Program-made: the position numbers and the translations under genes | Shown here: positions 53,159-64,000 of the stretch, in pieces | Layout: each line of letters begins with the position of its first letter | Numbering within the stretch: position 1 is the stretch's first letter | Assembly: GCA_964650515.1 (NCBI GenBank) | Contig: CAZYUB010000001.1 | Coordinates: 1,726 to 65,725, forward strand | DNA length: 64,000 bases | From: an uncultured Planctomycetia bacterium | Lineage (GTDB): Bacteria > Omnitrophota > Gorgyraeia > Pluralincolimonadales > Pluralincolimonadaceae | Reading direction: 5' to 3' | Notes under the pieces: generated by a model | What the model was told of the DNA's origin: nothing | Seen by the model: only the letters and a program-made list of their open reading frames with translations | The model's database searches: none

Positions 53159-53960
53159 CGGGGATCTCCTTTTCTTGCTTCGCGTTCAGCTCCAGCGGAA
53201 AATCTGTCTTAAGGAATTCCTTTGCGAACTCATAATAACTGCGCGCGCCCTGCGAGTGCTTATCATACATGACGACCGGCATCCCGAACCCCGGGGCTTC
53301 GCCGAGCTTAACGGAACGGGGTATCACGGTATTATATACTTTTTCCCCGAAATAACTCCTCGCTTCCTTTATTACCTCGTCCGTAAGCTTAGTCCTGAAA
53401 TCGGCCATCGTCAATAATATGCCTTCTATCTCCAGCGCCGGATTCAGGTTCTGCCTTACGAGGTTTATCGTGCTGAGCAATTGCGACAATCCCTCAAGCG
53501 CGTAGTATTCGCATTGCAGTGGTATGAGCGCGGACTTCGAGGCGGTCAACGCATTAATCGTCAACAGGCCTAAGCTGGGGGGAGCATCCAATATTATATA
53601 GTCGAACGAAGGGCGTATGTGCTCAAGGGCCTGCTTCATGTGGTATTCGCGGCTCTGGGCGTTGACAAGCTCAACTTCCATTCCGGTAAGGTGGACGTTC
53701 GAAGGGATTATATATAAGTTTGTAAGATTTGTGCTAACAATTACTTGTGATATTTCTTTTCCATTGATTAAGACATCATAGATCGACTCTTTTACCTGTT
53801 TCTTATCTATTCCGAGACCTGAGGTCGCGTTGGCCTGCGGGTCGCAATCTACGACCAATACATTGCGCCCTGCCAGCGCGATATATGAAGCGAGGTTTAT
53901 CGCTGTGGTAGTCTTGCCTACTCCGCCCTTCTGGTTACATACAGAAATTATCTTAGCCAT
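53127..53960 (-). CDS. parA: Chromosome partitioning ATPase ParA/Soj
   Basis: Deviant Walker A KGGVGKTTT. Confidence 0.9.
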   Translation of the reverse strand: MAKIISVCNQKGGVGKTTTAINLASYIALAGRNVLVVDCDPQANATSGLGIDKKQVKESIYDVLINGKEISQVIVSTNLTNLYIIPSNVHLTGMEVELVNAQSREYHMKQALEHIRPSFDYIILDAPPSLGLLTINALTASKSALIPLQCEYYALEGLSQLLSTINLVRQNLNPALEIEGILLTMADFRTKLTDEVIKEARSYFGEKVYNTVIPRSVKLGEAPGFGMPVVMYDKHSQGARSYYEFAKEFLKTDFPLELNAKQEKEIPDGEESIRQGA

Positions 53961-53976
53961 TGTTCCACGTGGAACA
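53961..53976. promoter_or_regulatory. parS centromere-like site (TGTTCCACGTGGAACA), abutting the parA start codon
   Basis: Perfect 16-bp palindrome differing from the parS consensus TGTTTCACGTGAAACA only by a symmetric C/G pair. ParAB are encoded adjacent. Confidence 0.7.
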
Positions 53977-54000
53977 TTCTAAACGCAGTCCCTTTTTTTG

Positions 54001-55671
54001 TCAAGATTTTCTTTCCCGGAGTGATTCAACATAAAGATAAAGCAGGGAGGCGTCGCAGGGGGATATGCCTGATATCCTCGATGCCTGGCCTATCGATAGC
54101 GGCCTTATCTTGTCGAGCTTCTCTTGGGCTTCTTTGCGCAACCCACGGACAGATCTGAAATCAAGGCCGTCTGGTATCTTCACGGCCTCCAGTTTCTTCA
54201 TACGCCCGGCTTCTTTAACCTGCCGACGTATATATCCTTCATATTTCGCTTCTATCATTATGCGGCGTTTGATCTCCTCGGGATAATCTGATATCCCTTC
54301 CGGGCGTTTACGTTTTAATGACTCGACGCCTTTATCGATCGATCCTTTCCTTGCGAGCATGCCATCATATTCTTCCTTGGAAATGAGCCCCAACTCATAA
54401 CCGTATCCCATAAGCCTTATATCCGCGTTGTCGTGGCGCAGCAGTAACCTGTATTCCGCCCTCGACGTAAACATGCGGTATGGTTCGTTCGTTCCTTTTG
54501 TTACAAGGTCATCAATAAGGACCCCTATATATGCTTCATCGCGGCCGAGAATGATCGGCGCTTTGCCTTTTATCTCCAGTGACGCGTTTACTCCTGCGAT
54601 GAGCCCTTGCGCGGCCGCTTCTTCATAACCGGATGTCCCGTTTATCTGGCCGGCGAAGTAAAGCCCACGGATAAGTTTTGTCTCGAGGGTCGGCTTTAAT
54701 TGTGTAGGCGGACAAAAATCATATTCTATGGCATAGCCATAACGCGTAACCTCACAGCATTCTAACCCTTTGATAGACCTTAGTATACACAACTGTATAT
54801 CCTCGGGTAAACTTGTTGATATCCCGTTAGGATATATCTCATCAGAGTCGAGGCCTTCGGGTTCCAGGAATATTTGGTGTCGCTCCCGGTCCTTAAACCT
54901 GACTACCTTGTCTTCTATAGATGGGCAATACCGCGGGCCTACGCCCTTTATCTTTCCGCTGTAGAGAGGCGAGCGGTCGAGGTTATCAAGGATTATCCTA
55001 TGAGTATCTTTATTTGTGTATGTTATATGGCAAGGCACCTGCGGGCGATCGATCCGTACGGTAGAAAATGAGAACGCCGTAGGCACGGGATCGCCGGGCT
55101 GGATCTCTGTCTTTGAAAAATCGACGGACTTCTTAAGTATTCTCGCCGGCGTTCCCGTTTTAAGGCGTTTTACTTCGAATCCAAGCGATATTAATGAGTT
55201 AGATAGGTTTGTGCTTGGGGGTTCACCGAATCTTCCGGCTGGACAGGTATTGAATCCTATATGAGTCAGCCCATTCAAGAATGTACCTGTAGCAACGACT
55301 ACTGCCGAGGCATTATAACCGGCGCCGCTTTCGCACAGGACGCCGCATATCCTGCCCGATGACACAAGCAACTCCGATGCGGCTTCCCGGATAATATCGA
55401 GCCCTTCCTGGTTATCGAGCGACTTCCTCATTTCCCGGCAGTAAAGCTTCTTGTCGGATTGGGCGCGAGGCGCCTGGACGGCGGGGCCTTTCTTTGTGTT
55501 GAGAAGTCGGAATTGGATGCCTGTCCTGTCTGCGATCTTCGCCATCTCGCCGCCAAGCGCGTCTACCTCGCGGACTATGTGGCCTTTCGCCAACCCGCCA
55601 ATGGCAGGGTTACACGACATCTGTGCAATATTGTCCGGGCTCATGGTCAAAAGAAGGCATTTTAGGCCCAT
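54001..55671 (-). CDS. mnmG: tRNA uridine-5-carboxymethylaminomethyl modification enzyme MnmG (GidA)
   Basis: Strong MnmG similarity (…MSCNPAIGG…). The frame stays open upstream of the listed ATG and encodes the FAD motif KTYDLIVIGGGHAGCEAALCAARMG. There is no ATG/GTG/TTG before an in-frame TGA, so the true start (CTG or ATA/ATC near 55690-55740?) is unresolved. Confidence 0.8.
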   Translation of the reverse strand: MGLKCLLLTMSPDNIAQMSCNPAIGGLAKGHIVREVDALGGEMAKIADRTGIQFRLLNTKKGPAVQAPRAQSDKKLYCREMRKSLDNQEGLDIIREAASELLVSSGRICGVLCESGAGYNASAVVVATGTFLNGLTHIGFNTCPAGRFGEPPSTNLSNSLISLGFEVKRLKTGTPARILKKSVDFSKTEIQPGDPVPTAFSFSTVRIDRPQVPCHITYTNKDTHRIILDNLDRSPLYSGKIKGVGPRYCPSIEDKVVRFKDRERHQIFLEPEGLDSDEIYPNGISTSLPEDIQLCILRSIKGLECCEVTRYGYAIEYDFCPPTQLKPTLETKLIRGLYFAGQINGTSGYEEAAAQGLIAGVNASLEIKGKAPIILGRDEAYIGVLIDDLVTKGTNEPYRMFTSRAEYRLLLRHDNADIRLMGYGYELGLISKEEYDGMLARKGSIDKGVESLKRKRPEGISDYPEEIKRRIMIEAKYEGYIRRQVKEAGRMKKLEAVKIPDGLDFRSVRGLRKEAQEKLDKIRPLSIGQASRISGISPCDASLLYLYVESLRERKS

Positions 55672-55744
55672 CCTGGCCGCGCAGAGGGCAGCTTCGCATC
55701 CGGCATGACCTCCGCCTATGACTATCAGGTCATAGGTCTTAAAA

Positions 55745-55948
55745 TCAGGATTTGTGGTGTTGATGGTGGGAGTCTTCTTTGAGGATCACTTTTACTTTTG
55801 CCAGCTTCAGGCCGGTCATCCCAAATAATCCGTGATGGCCTTCCGAGAGCACTTTTACGTGGACCTTGTCCCTGGTAACGCCCAGCTTTGACAGGGCTGT
55901 ATGGATAGCTTCTTTTGTCGTCTTGCCTTCAGCTTCTATGGATTTCAT
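55745..55948 (-). CDS. Jag_N-domain-only small protein (KhpB/Jag N-terminal homolog without KH/R3H domains)
   Basis: MKSIEAEGKTTKEAIHTALSKLGVTRDKVHVKVLSEGHHGLFG matches the Jag N-terminal domain. The ORF stops after 67 aa and overlaps the mnmG upstream region. Confidence 0.55.
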   Translation of the reverse strand: MKSIEAEGKTTKEAIHTALSKLGVTRDKVHVKVLSEGHHGLFGMTGLKLAKVKVILKEDSHHQHHKS

Positions 55949-55965
55949 CCTAATGCCTTCGCCTG

Positions 55966-57630
55966 TTACTCCGAATGTTCCACGTGGAACATTTCCTTCT
56001 TGAGGAACAACTCCTGCTCGACAACGGTCAATATGGTGTTCGTCAACCAGTACATTACCAGGCCCGAGGGGAGATTATAGAACAGGAACCCGAACAGGAC
56101 CGGCATCATTACGCCCATCATCTTTTGCTGTTGGGCCATCTGGTCGTTTTGCGATGATGCAGGCGGAGCAGATAGCTTCTGTTGGAAGAACATTGCTACC
56201 GCCATTAACAATGGTAATATATTCAAATCATTGCCTACGAATGGGATAGATGCTTTAAATGTTATGAGCCTATCGGGCTGGGAGAGGTCTTTCATCCACA
56301 GGAAAGGCGCTCCCCTGAGCTCCGGAGATCTCATGAGCACCTGGTATAGCGCGAAGAAGACGGGCATCTGCAGCAGCATCGGAAGGCACCCGCCCATGGG
56401 ATTTATCTTATATTTCTTGTACATCTCCATGATCTCTTTGTTCATCTTCTGGGGATTATCTTTATTCGCCTTACGCAGTGCTTCTATCCTTGGCTGGAGG
56501 GCCTGCATCTGCTTCATGGCTTTTATCCCTTTAAAGGTAAGGGGGAAGAGCAGGATGTTTATGAAGACCGTCAGCGCTATTATCGCGAGGCCCCAGTTGT
56601 TCACGACTCCGTTAAAGAACTTCAGGACAACAAACAGGAGCTTTCCGATGCTTCCGGTAAATCCGAGATAGAGCGAGTTTTCCATGCCCATCTTGAGCGA
56701 GGCAACTGCGTCATAATCGTTGGGCCCCGCATAAAGGATAAAATTATTCGTCGCCGAGGCATTCGGACCTACGGTGAACTCGGCTGATCCTATCTTTGTT
56801 TGTATGTTATTGTCCTGCAACTTGTTAGAAACTATTTTGACAAAAGCCGCGGGCGGCTTTGTGATGACGGAGAAGTAGCGGTTCTTTAGCGAAACCCAGT
56901 TTACCTGCCTGCCTTCCCAGACCGTCTCGGAGTTCGCTTTTATACCCTTTTTATTGGTATTGGCGACCTTTCCGTCTATGTCCCGGACGACCTCGACATA
57001 CATCTCATCCTGTTTTGAGAGAGGGTCGATGCCGCTGCTGGTTATAATGGAATATTTGAATGGGTGCGAGCGGTTTGAGCCGTTTGTTATCGTCTGTTTC
57101 AGTTCGATAGTATACTTGCCAGGACGGAATATATACTCTTTCTCAAGCAGCATGCCGTCGGGTGACTTTGCGGTAAAAACAGCCCTGTCCTTGCCGGCGG
57201 AATAGGCGAACTTCGCTCTGTCCAGCTCTCCGGAGAGGCCTGAGGTATAAAAGATAGAGTCCGACGCGCCGGGAGTGTCGGCCAGAATTATCGGGGAACC
57301 CTTTGAATCATGGAATTTTTTAAGCGTTATCCTCTTTATGGCGCCGAACGCTTCCGCGAATGCGATCTTATATTCGTCCGTCTCAAAAATAACGGTCTTC
57401 TCGTCGACAAATTGGGCTGCGACATCAGCGACAACGGTCTTCTCTGCCGTTGTGGCCTCCTCTTTTACGGCCCCTTTTGGCGCCGGCGCGACGGCCGCAG
57501 GCGCGACAACGGGCTGCTGTTTCGGTTGTGGTTTCAGCCCCGGAAAAAATTTGCCCAGGATCATAGGAGTGAAGATGACAATGAACATCGATATTACTAT
57601 TGCGAACAGGGCTCTCTTTTCAGTATTCAT
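55966..57630 (-). CDS. yidC: Membrane protein insertase YidC
   Basis: Large periplasmic domain plus the conserved C-terminal 5-TM region (…KINPMGGCLPMLLQMPVFFALY…). Confidence 0.9.
   Translation of the reverse strand: MNTEKRALFAIVISMFIVIFTPMILGKFFPGLKPQPKQQPVVAPAAVAPAPKGAVKEEATTAEKTVVADVAAQFVDEKTVIFETDEYKIAFAEAFGAIKRITLKKFHDSKGSPIILADTPGASDSIFYTSGLSGELDRAKFAYSAGKDRAVFTAKSPDGMLLEKEYIFRPGKYTIELKQTITNGSNRSHPFKYSIITSSGIDPLSKQDEMYVEVVRDIDGKVANTNKKGIKANSETVWEGRQVNWVSLKNRYFSVITKPPAAFVKIVSNKLQDNNIQTKIGSAEFTVGPNASATNNFILYAGPNDYDAVASLKMGMENSLYLGFTGSIGKLLFVVLKFFNGVVNNWGLAIIALTVFINILLFPLTFKGIKAMKQMQALQPRIEALRKANKDNPQKMNKEIMEMYKKYKINPMGGCLPMLLQMPVFFALYQVLMRSPELRGAPFLWMKDLSQPDRLITFKASIPFVGNDLNILPLLMAVAMFFQQKLSAPPASSQNDQMAQQQKMMGVMMPVLFGFLFYNLPSGLVMYWLTNTILTVVEQELFLKKEMFHVEHSE
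55974..55993. promoter_or_regulatory. parS site (20-bp perfect palindrome AATGTTCCACGTGGAACATT) inside the yidC 3' end
   Basis: Contains the same TGTTCCACGTGGAACA core as the site at 53961. It encodes the YidC C-terminal residues MFHVEH and lies ~25 nt upstream of the jag_N start. Confidence 0.7.
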
Positions 57631-57633
57631 ATT

Positions 57634-57846
57634 TTATTTTACCGGATCATATCCGCCTTTTGAAAATGGGTTACACCTGATTATCCTGAAGAGCGAGAGG
57701 AGCAGGCCTTTTGCCGCGCCTTTCTTCCCGATAGCTTCCACAGCATATTCCGAACAGGATGGATAGAACCTGCAACAACGTAACTTATATCCTGACAAAT
57801 AGTTACGATATATATTTATTATAAAGATGATGGTTTTTCTGGCCAT
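57634..57846 (-). CDS. yidD: Membrane protein insertion efficiency factor YidD
   Basis: CRFYPSCSEYA…RCNPFSKGGYDPV signature. Start at the internal ATG (the track ORF extends to 57885). Confidence 0.8.
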   Translation of the reverse strand: MARKTIIFIINIYRNYLSGYKLRCCRFYPSCSEYAVEAIGKKGAAKGLLLSLFRIIRCNPFSKGGYDPVK

Positions 57847-57848
57847 TA

Positions 57849-58205
57849 TCAACCTGAAAGTATGCCGGCCTTGCCTGCCGCGCAAATAAAATCCTCGCAG
57901 AACCTCTTATAGTCAAGGCCGGCTGCCTGGGCTCGCGGCATTACTATTATGTCGTAACCCCCGGAGATTCTCTCTTTGTTCAACCTGAAGGACTCCTTTA
58001 CATAGCGGCGCAGCTTGTTTCTTGTAACGGCGAGCTTGAAATTCTCACGCCTCATCGAGACCCCGATCCTGGATATGCCGAGGTTGTTCCTGGATACGCC
58101 TATTTTTATCGATTTTCCGACGTAAAATGCGCTTTTACCAAGCGATAACCTGAATTCCTGCGTGCTGGTTATCCGTTCGCGCCTTGAGAGGGAGAACCTC
58201 TTCAT
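57849..58205 (-). CDS. rnpA: Ribonuclease P protein component
   Basis: 118 aa, basic, typical rnpA position between rpmH and yidD. Confidence 0.8.
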   Translation of the reverse strand: MKRFSLSRRERITSTQEFRLSLGKSAFYVGKSIKIGVSRNNLGISRIGVSMRRENFKLAVTRNKLRRYVKESFRLNKERISGGYDIIVMPRAQAAGLDYKRFCEDFICAAGKAGILSG

Positions 58206-58216
58206 AATGCGGGATT

Positions 58217-58354
58217 CTAGACGGAAAGGCGTTTTCTTCCTTTTTGACGCCTTCTTTTTAGGACCGCCCGGCCTTCCTGGGTCTTCATCCTTTTCCTGAA
58301 ACCGTGGACGCGTTTCCTCTTTAAGTTCGATTTTAATGTAATATTTTTCTTCAT
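58217..58354 (-). CDS. rpmH: 50S ribosomal protein L34
   Basis: Not in the ORF track (below 60 aa). Reverse translation is [45 protein letters not shown], a classic L34. Confidence 0.85.
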   Translation of the reverse strand: MKKNITLKSNLKRKRVHGFRKRMKTQEGRAVLKRRRQKGRKRLSV

Positions 58355-58420
58355 CTTTTCTCCTTTTAAGTTAAAGCAGGATTATACCACGATTGGCGGC
58401 TTAGTCAAGGCAAAAAGTTC

Positions 58421-58506
58421 TTGCAAACTACCCCTGCCTTTGATATAATCTATGCAGGTAAGTAGCCTTTCGGCGTAATCGGGCCCTGTGAATAAATTGT
58501 GAATAA
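58421..58506 (+). promoter_or_regulatory. dnaA promoter (TTGCAA-N17-TATAAT at 58421..58449) with two DnaA-box-like sites (TGTGAATAA) in the leader at 58487..58506
   Basis: Hexamers and spacing read directly. The two boxes differ from TGTGGATAA by one base each and sit between the -10 and the dnaA start, consistent with autoregulation. Confidence 0.5.
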
Positions 58507-58523
58507 CTTTTCAGTGGTTTTTC

Positions 58524-59885
58524 ATGGAAAATCTTAAGAACGCGACAGAGGTCTGGGACAAGACCAAGGACCTGATCAGGGAAAAAGTAAATCCCCAGAC
58601 CTTCGAGACGTGGTTCAGGCCTACCAAAGGGATAAGCATAACGGACAACGCGCTTATACTGGAGGTGCCGAACAGCTTTTTCAAGGACTGGCTACTCGAA
58701 CACCACCTGGATTTGATAAGGGCCACTCTCAAGGACATATCCGGGCAGGGCCTTGCCCTCGATTTTTCCTATTCCGCGAATGAGCCCGAGAAACGCGCCT
58801 CCGGCGCGGCCGCGCAACGCCAGCCGGTCAAGCCCTCCGACAGAAAACAGGACGCGAACAACAACCTCGGCCTGAACCCCGCGTATACCTTCGACGATTT
58901 CGTCATAGGCCCGAGCAACAAGATGGCCCATGCCGCCGCCATGGCCGTTGCCGAGTCCCCGGCAAAAGCGTACAACCCCCTTTTTATTTACGGCAAGGCC
59001 GGTATGGGCAAGACGCATCTCATGAACGCCATCGGACATTGCGTGGCGGCAAAGAACCCGAACATGAGGGTTGTCTACATAACGAGTGAGCAGTTCACGA
59101 ACCAGCTTATCCAGGCGATACAGAACCGTTCGACGGAAAAGTTCAGGGCGAAATACAGAAGCGTCGACGTGCTGCTTATCGACGACGTGCATTTCATCGC
59201 CGGGAAGGAATCGACACAGGAGGAGTTTTTCCACACCTTCAATACACTGCACGACGCGCATAAACAGATCGTCCTTTCAAGCGACAAACCGCCTAAAGAT
59301 ATAGACGGCCTCGAAGAGAGGCTTGTATCCAGGTTCGAGTGGGGTCTCATCGTGTCGATATCCCAGCCCGATTTCGAGACGAGGGTCGCTATCCTCCGGC
59401 AGAAACTTAAAAGGGAGAATATCGAGGTCCCGGATGACGTGATCTTCTATATAGGCGAAAAGATAAAATCGAACATACGGGAGCTTGAGGGCGCGCTGAA
59501 GAGGGTCGTAGCGAACGCCGTCCTGCTGAAACAAAGCGTCAATATAGAACTCGCGCGCTCTGTGCTTAAGGACATGGTGAAAGAAAAGGAGTCGCGGATA
59601 ACCGCGGAATCTATATTTGAAGAGGTCGCCGCTTATTTCAATGTCCGGGTCTCCGACATAAAAGGCAGGCGAAGGACAAAGCAGATGGTCGTGCCGCGTC
59701 AGCTTTCGATGTACCTTATCAGGAAATTGACGGACCACTCGCTTCCCGAGATAGGGGAATTGTGCGGCGGGCGCGACCATACGACTGTCATGCACGCGTG
59801 CGAGAGCATAGAAAGCGATATGAAAAAGGACCAGAAGGTCAGGGATATGGCCGTGAAACTTACGGCCATGATAAGCGGTGAATAG
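58524..59885 (+). CDS. dnaA: Chromosomal replication initiator DnaA
   Basis: AAA+ Walker [11 protein letters not shown] and the C-terminal DnaA-box-binding domain. Confidence 0.95.
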   Translation: MENLKNATEVWDKTKDLIREKVNPQTFETWFRPTKGISITDNALILEVPNSFFKDWLLEHHLDLIRATLKDISGQGLALDFSYSANEPEKRASGAAAQRQPVKPSDRKQDANNNLGLNPAYTFDDFVIGPSNKMAHAAAMAVAESPAKAYNPLFIYGKAGMGKTHLMNAIGHCVAAKNPNMRVVYITSEQFTNQLIQAIQNRSTEKFRAKYRSVDVLLIDDVHFIAGKESTQEEFFHTFNTLHDAHKQIVLSSDKPPKDIDGLEERLVSRFEWGLIVSISQPDFETRVAILRQKLKRENIEVPDDVIFYIGEKIKSNIRELEGALKRVVANAVLLKQSVNIELARSVLKDMVKEKESRITAESIFEEVAAYFNVRVSDIKGRRRTKQMVVPRQLSMYLIRKLTDHSLPEIGELCGGRDHTTVMHACESIESDMKKDQKVRDMAVKLTAMISGE

Positions 59886-60116
59886 GCTGTTATTTTCTTA
59901 TGGTTTTATTGTGCATAACCTGTTGAGGATTGTGGGTAATCCGGCCCGGATCTGGTTTTGACGCGCGTATAAAAAGATAATGGTATCAACCTGTGTATAA
60001 TTTACCGGCAGGTTTTTGGCGTAACAATAATAATTTAAAAGGTTTTTAGATATATACACAAATCAACACCCGTTACTACTACTGCTATTAATTAAATTAA
60101 TAAAGAAGGAGAAGAG
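59886..60116. other. Probable oriC: DnaA-box cluster and AT-rich unwinding region between dnaA and dnaN
   Basis: Four box-like nonamers (TTGTGCATAA ~59909, TGTGGGTAA ~59931, TGTGTATAA ~59992, TTGTGTATA on the reverse strand ~60053), and AT-rich tracts at 60024..60105. Gene orientation switches at rpmH/dnaA. Confidence 0.55.
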
Positions 60117-61217
60117 ATGGAGGCCAAATTAATGCGCGACTTGCTCCAAAAAGGGATACAAACGGTCCAGAACGCCGTATCCCAAAAAAGCGGGCTACCC
60201 ATACTATCTAATATATTGTTCGAGGCCTCCAAAGATAAGATAAAACTAGTAGCAACAGACCTTGAAATAGGGGTTATCTGCAAGATCGGCGGGATAGACA
60301 TACAGGAAGATGGGAGCATATCCGTCCCGGCCAAGAAAATGAGCGATATAGTAAAGGAATTACCGAACAGCGAGATCCACCTGTCAGCAAAAAAGAACAA
60401 CCAGGTGGTAATAAAGTGCGAAAAATCCACATTCAAGATAATGGGGCTTCCTAAGGACGAATTTCCTAAGGTTCCGGAACTTTCGGATAAGGACTCTATA
60501 ACCATACCGCAAAAACAACTTAAAGCGATCCTGAATTCCACCGCGTTCGCGATATCAAAGGACGAGACGAGGTATGTCCTGAACGGCGTGCTGTTCGCCG
60601 TCGGCGACAAGAGATTAAAGGTCGTGGCTACCGACGGCCGGAGGCTGGCTATGGTCGAGAAAGACCTGCCGAAGCAGGCCGGGTTCTCGAGGAAAGCCAT
60701 TGTGCCGGCGAAAGCCGTCGCGGAGATAATGAGGATATTGAAAGAAGACGGCGACGTGAAGATATCGTTCAGTGAGAACCAGGCGGCTTTCGAGCTGGAC
60801 GATTCCACCCTCATAACAAGGCTCATTGAAGGCGAGTACCCGAATTATGAACAGGTGATCCCGAAGCAGGGGCAGGACAAGATGAAGCTCAGGAAAGACG
60901 GTTTTTACGCCGCGGTGAAGAGGGCGAGCCTGCTCACGACACCGGACTCGCAATCCATAAAGCTGGACATAAGCAGGAATAAGGTTGTGATATCCAAGGC
61001 CTCCCAGGATGGCAGCGAATCGCGCGAAGATGTCGATTGTGAATACGCTGGCGAGGAGTTGACGATAGGGTTCAACCCCGGGTACCTTATGGACCCGCTT
61101 AAGAATGTTAATGAAGAGGAGATAGTATTTGAATTTGCCGGACAGGACAAGAGGGGCGTCCTGAGGGCGGAAGGCGGCGACTATATCTATATAGTCCTGC
61201 CGGTCAGGATGGACTAA
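60117..61217 (+). CDS. dnaN: DNA polymerase III beta sliding clamp
   Basis: 366 aa with three-domain clamp architecture and a conserved N-terminus. Confidence 0.9.
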   Translation: MEAKLMRDLLQKGIQTVQNAVSQKSGLPILSNILFEASKDKIKLVATDLEIGVICKIGGIDIQEDGSISVPAKKMSDIVKELPNSEIHLSAKKNNQVVIKCEKSTFKIMGLPKDEFPKVPELSDKDSITIPQKQLKAILNSTAFAISKDETRYVLNGVLFAVGDKRLKVVATDGRRLAMVEKDLPKQAGFSRKAIVPAKAVAEIMRILKEDGDVKISFSENQAAFELDDSTLITRLIEGEYPNYEQVIPKQGQDKMKLRKDGFYAAVKRASLLTTPDSQSIKLDISRNKVVISKASQDGSESREDVDCEYAGEELTIGFNPGYLMDPLKNVNEEEIVFEFAGQDKRGVLRAEGGDYIYIVLPVRMD

Positions 61218-61220
61218 GCG

Positions 61221-63991
<2,771 letters not shown>

Positions 63992-64000
63992 AAGGAGGAT

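Noticed and set aside
58692-59795. Minus-strand ORFs (58692..59261, 59277..59795) inside dnaA
   Set aside because: They are antisense to the unambiguous DnaA CDS.

Overview
This 64 kb window is an origin-proximal chromosome segment from a Gram-negative, probably uncultivated bacterium. Its codon usage and pseudopilin (prepilin/DUF1559-like) genes resemble the Planctomycetota–Verrucomicrobiota–Chlamydiota superphylum or Omnitrophota, but this is an unconfirmed guess. Nearly all genes between 1 and 45.5 kb lie on the minus strand.

Layout, left to right:
- The 3' end of a thrS-infC-rpmI-rplT operon with tRNA-Val.
- A ~38 kb accessory island (2.8–42 kb) built around an exosortase/PEP-CTERM system. 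It holds 7 paralogous small secreted carbohydrate-binding-module-like (CBM4_9-like) proteins, 6 of them with PEP-CTERM tails, and two domain-swapped six-hairpin glycoside-hydrolase-like proteins with a LacI-family regulator. The core operon reads membrane protein, TPR lipoprotein, exosortase, EpsI. Around it sit a PilZ protein, an AraC regulator and a receiver-GAF-GGDEF diguanylate cyclase.
- Within the island, a full exopolysaccharide toolkit: WecA-like transferase, WecB, several GT4 glycosyltransferases, Wzy-like and Wzx-like proteins, a methyltransferase, a tyrosine autokinase and a Wzz-like protein. T2SS/T4P-like parts are also present: a secretin, a 749-aa GspK-like minor pseudopilin, and three tandem pseudopilin genes of which two are identical.
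- tRNA-Leu and tRNA-Cys, then housekeeping genes: coaC, coaB, rpoZ, gmk, yicC, ndk.
- A glycosylation module with three GT-C-type membrane enzymes (including a TMTC-like TPR protein), a GT2 polyprenyl-phosphate sugar synthase and a GT9 heptosyltransferase.
- The replication origin neighbourhood: parB, parA, mnmG, a Jag_N-only ORF, yidC, yidD, rnpA, rpmH, then dnaA, dnaN, a DUF721 protein and gyrB on the plus strand, with two parS sites and DnaA-box clusters.

Regulatory signals recovered include a family of near-identical sigma70 promoters, twin LacI/cre-type palindromic operators, a new ACACGTGTCGAA box, and a stem-loop conserved in the 3' UTR of three PEP-CTERM genes.
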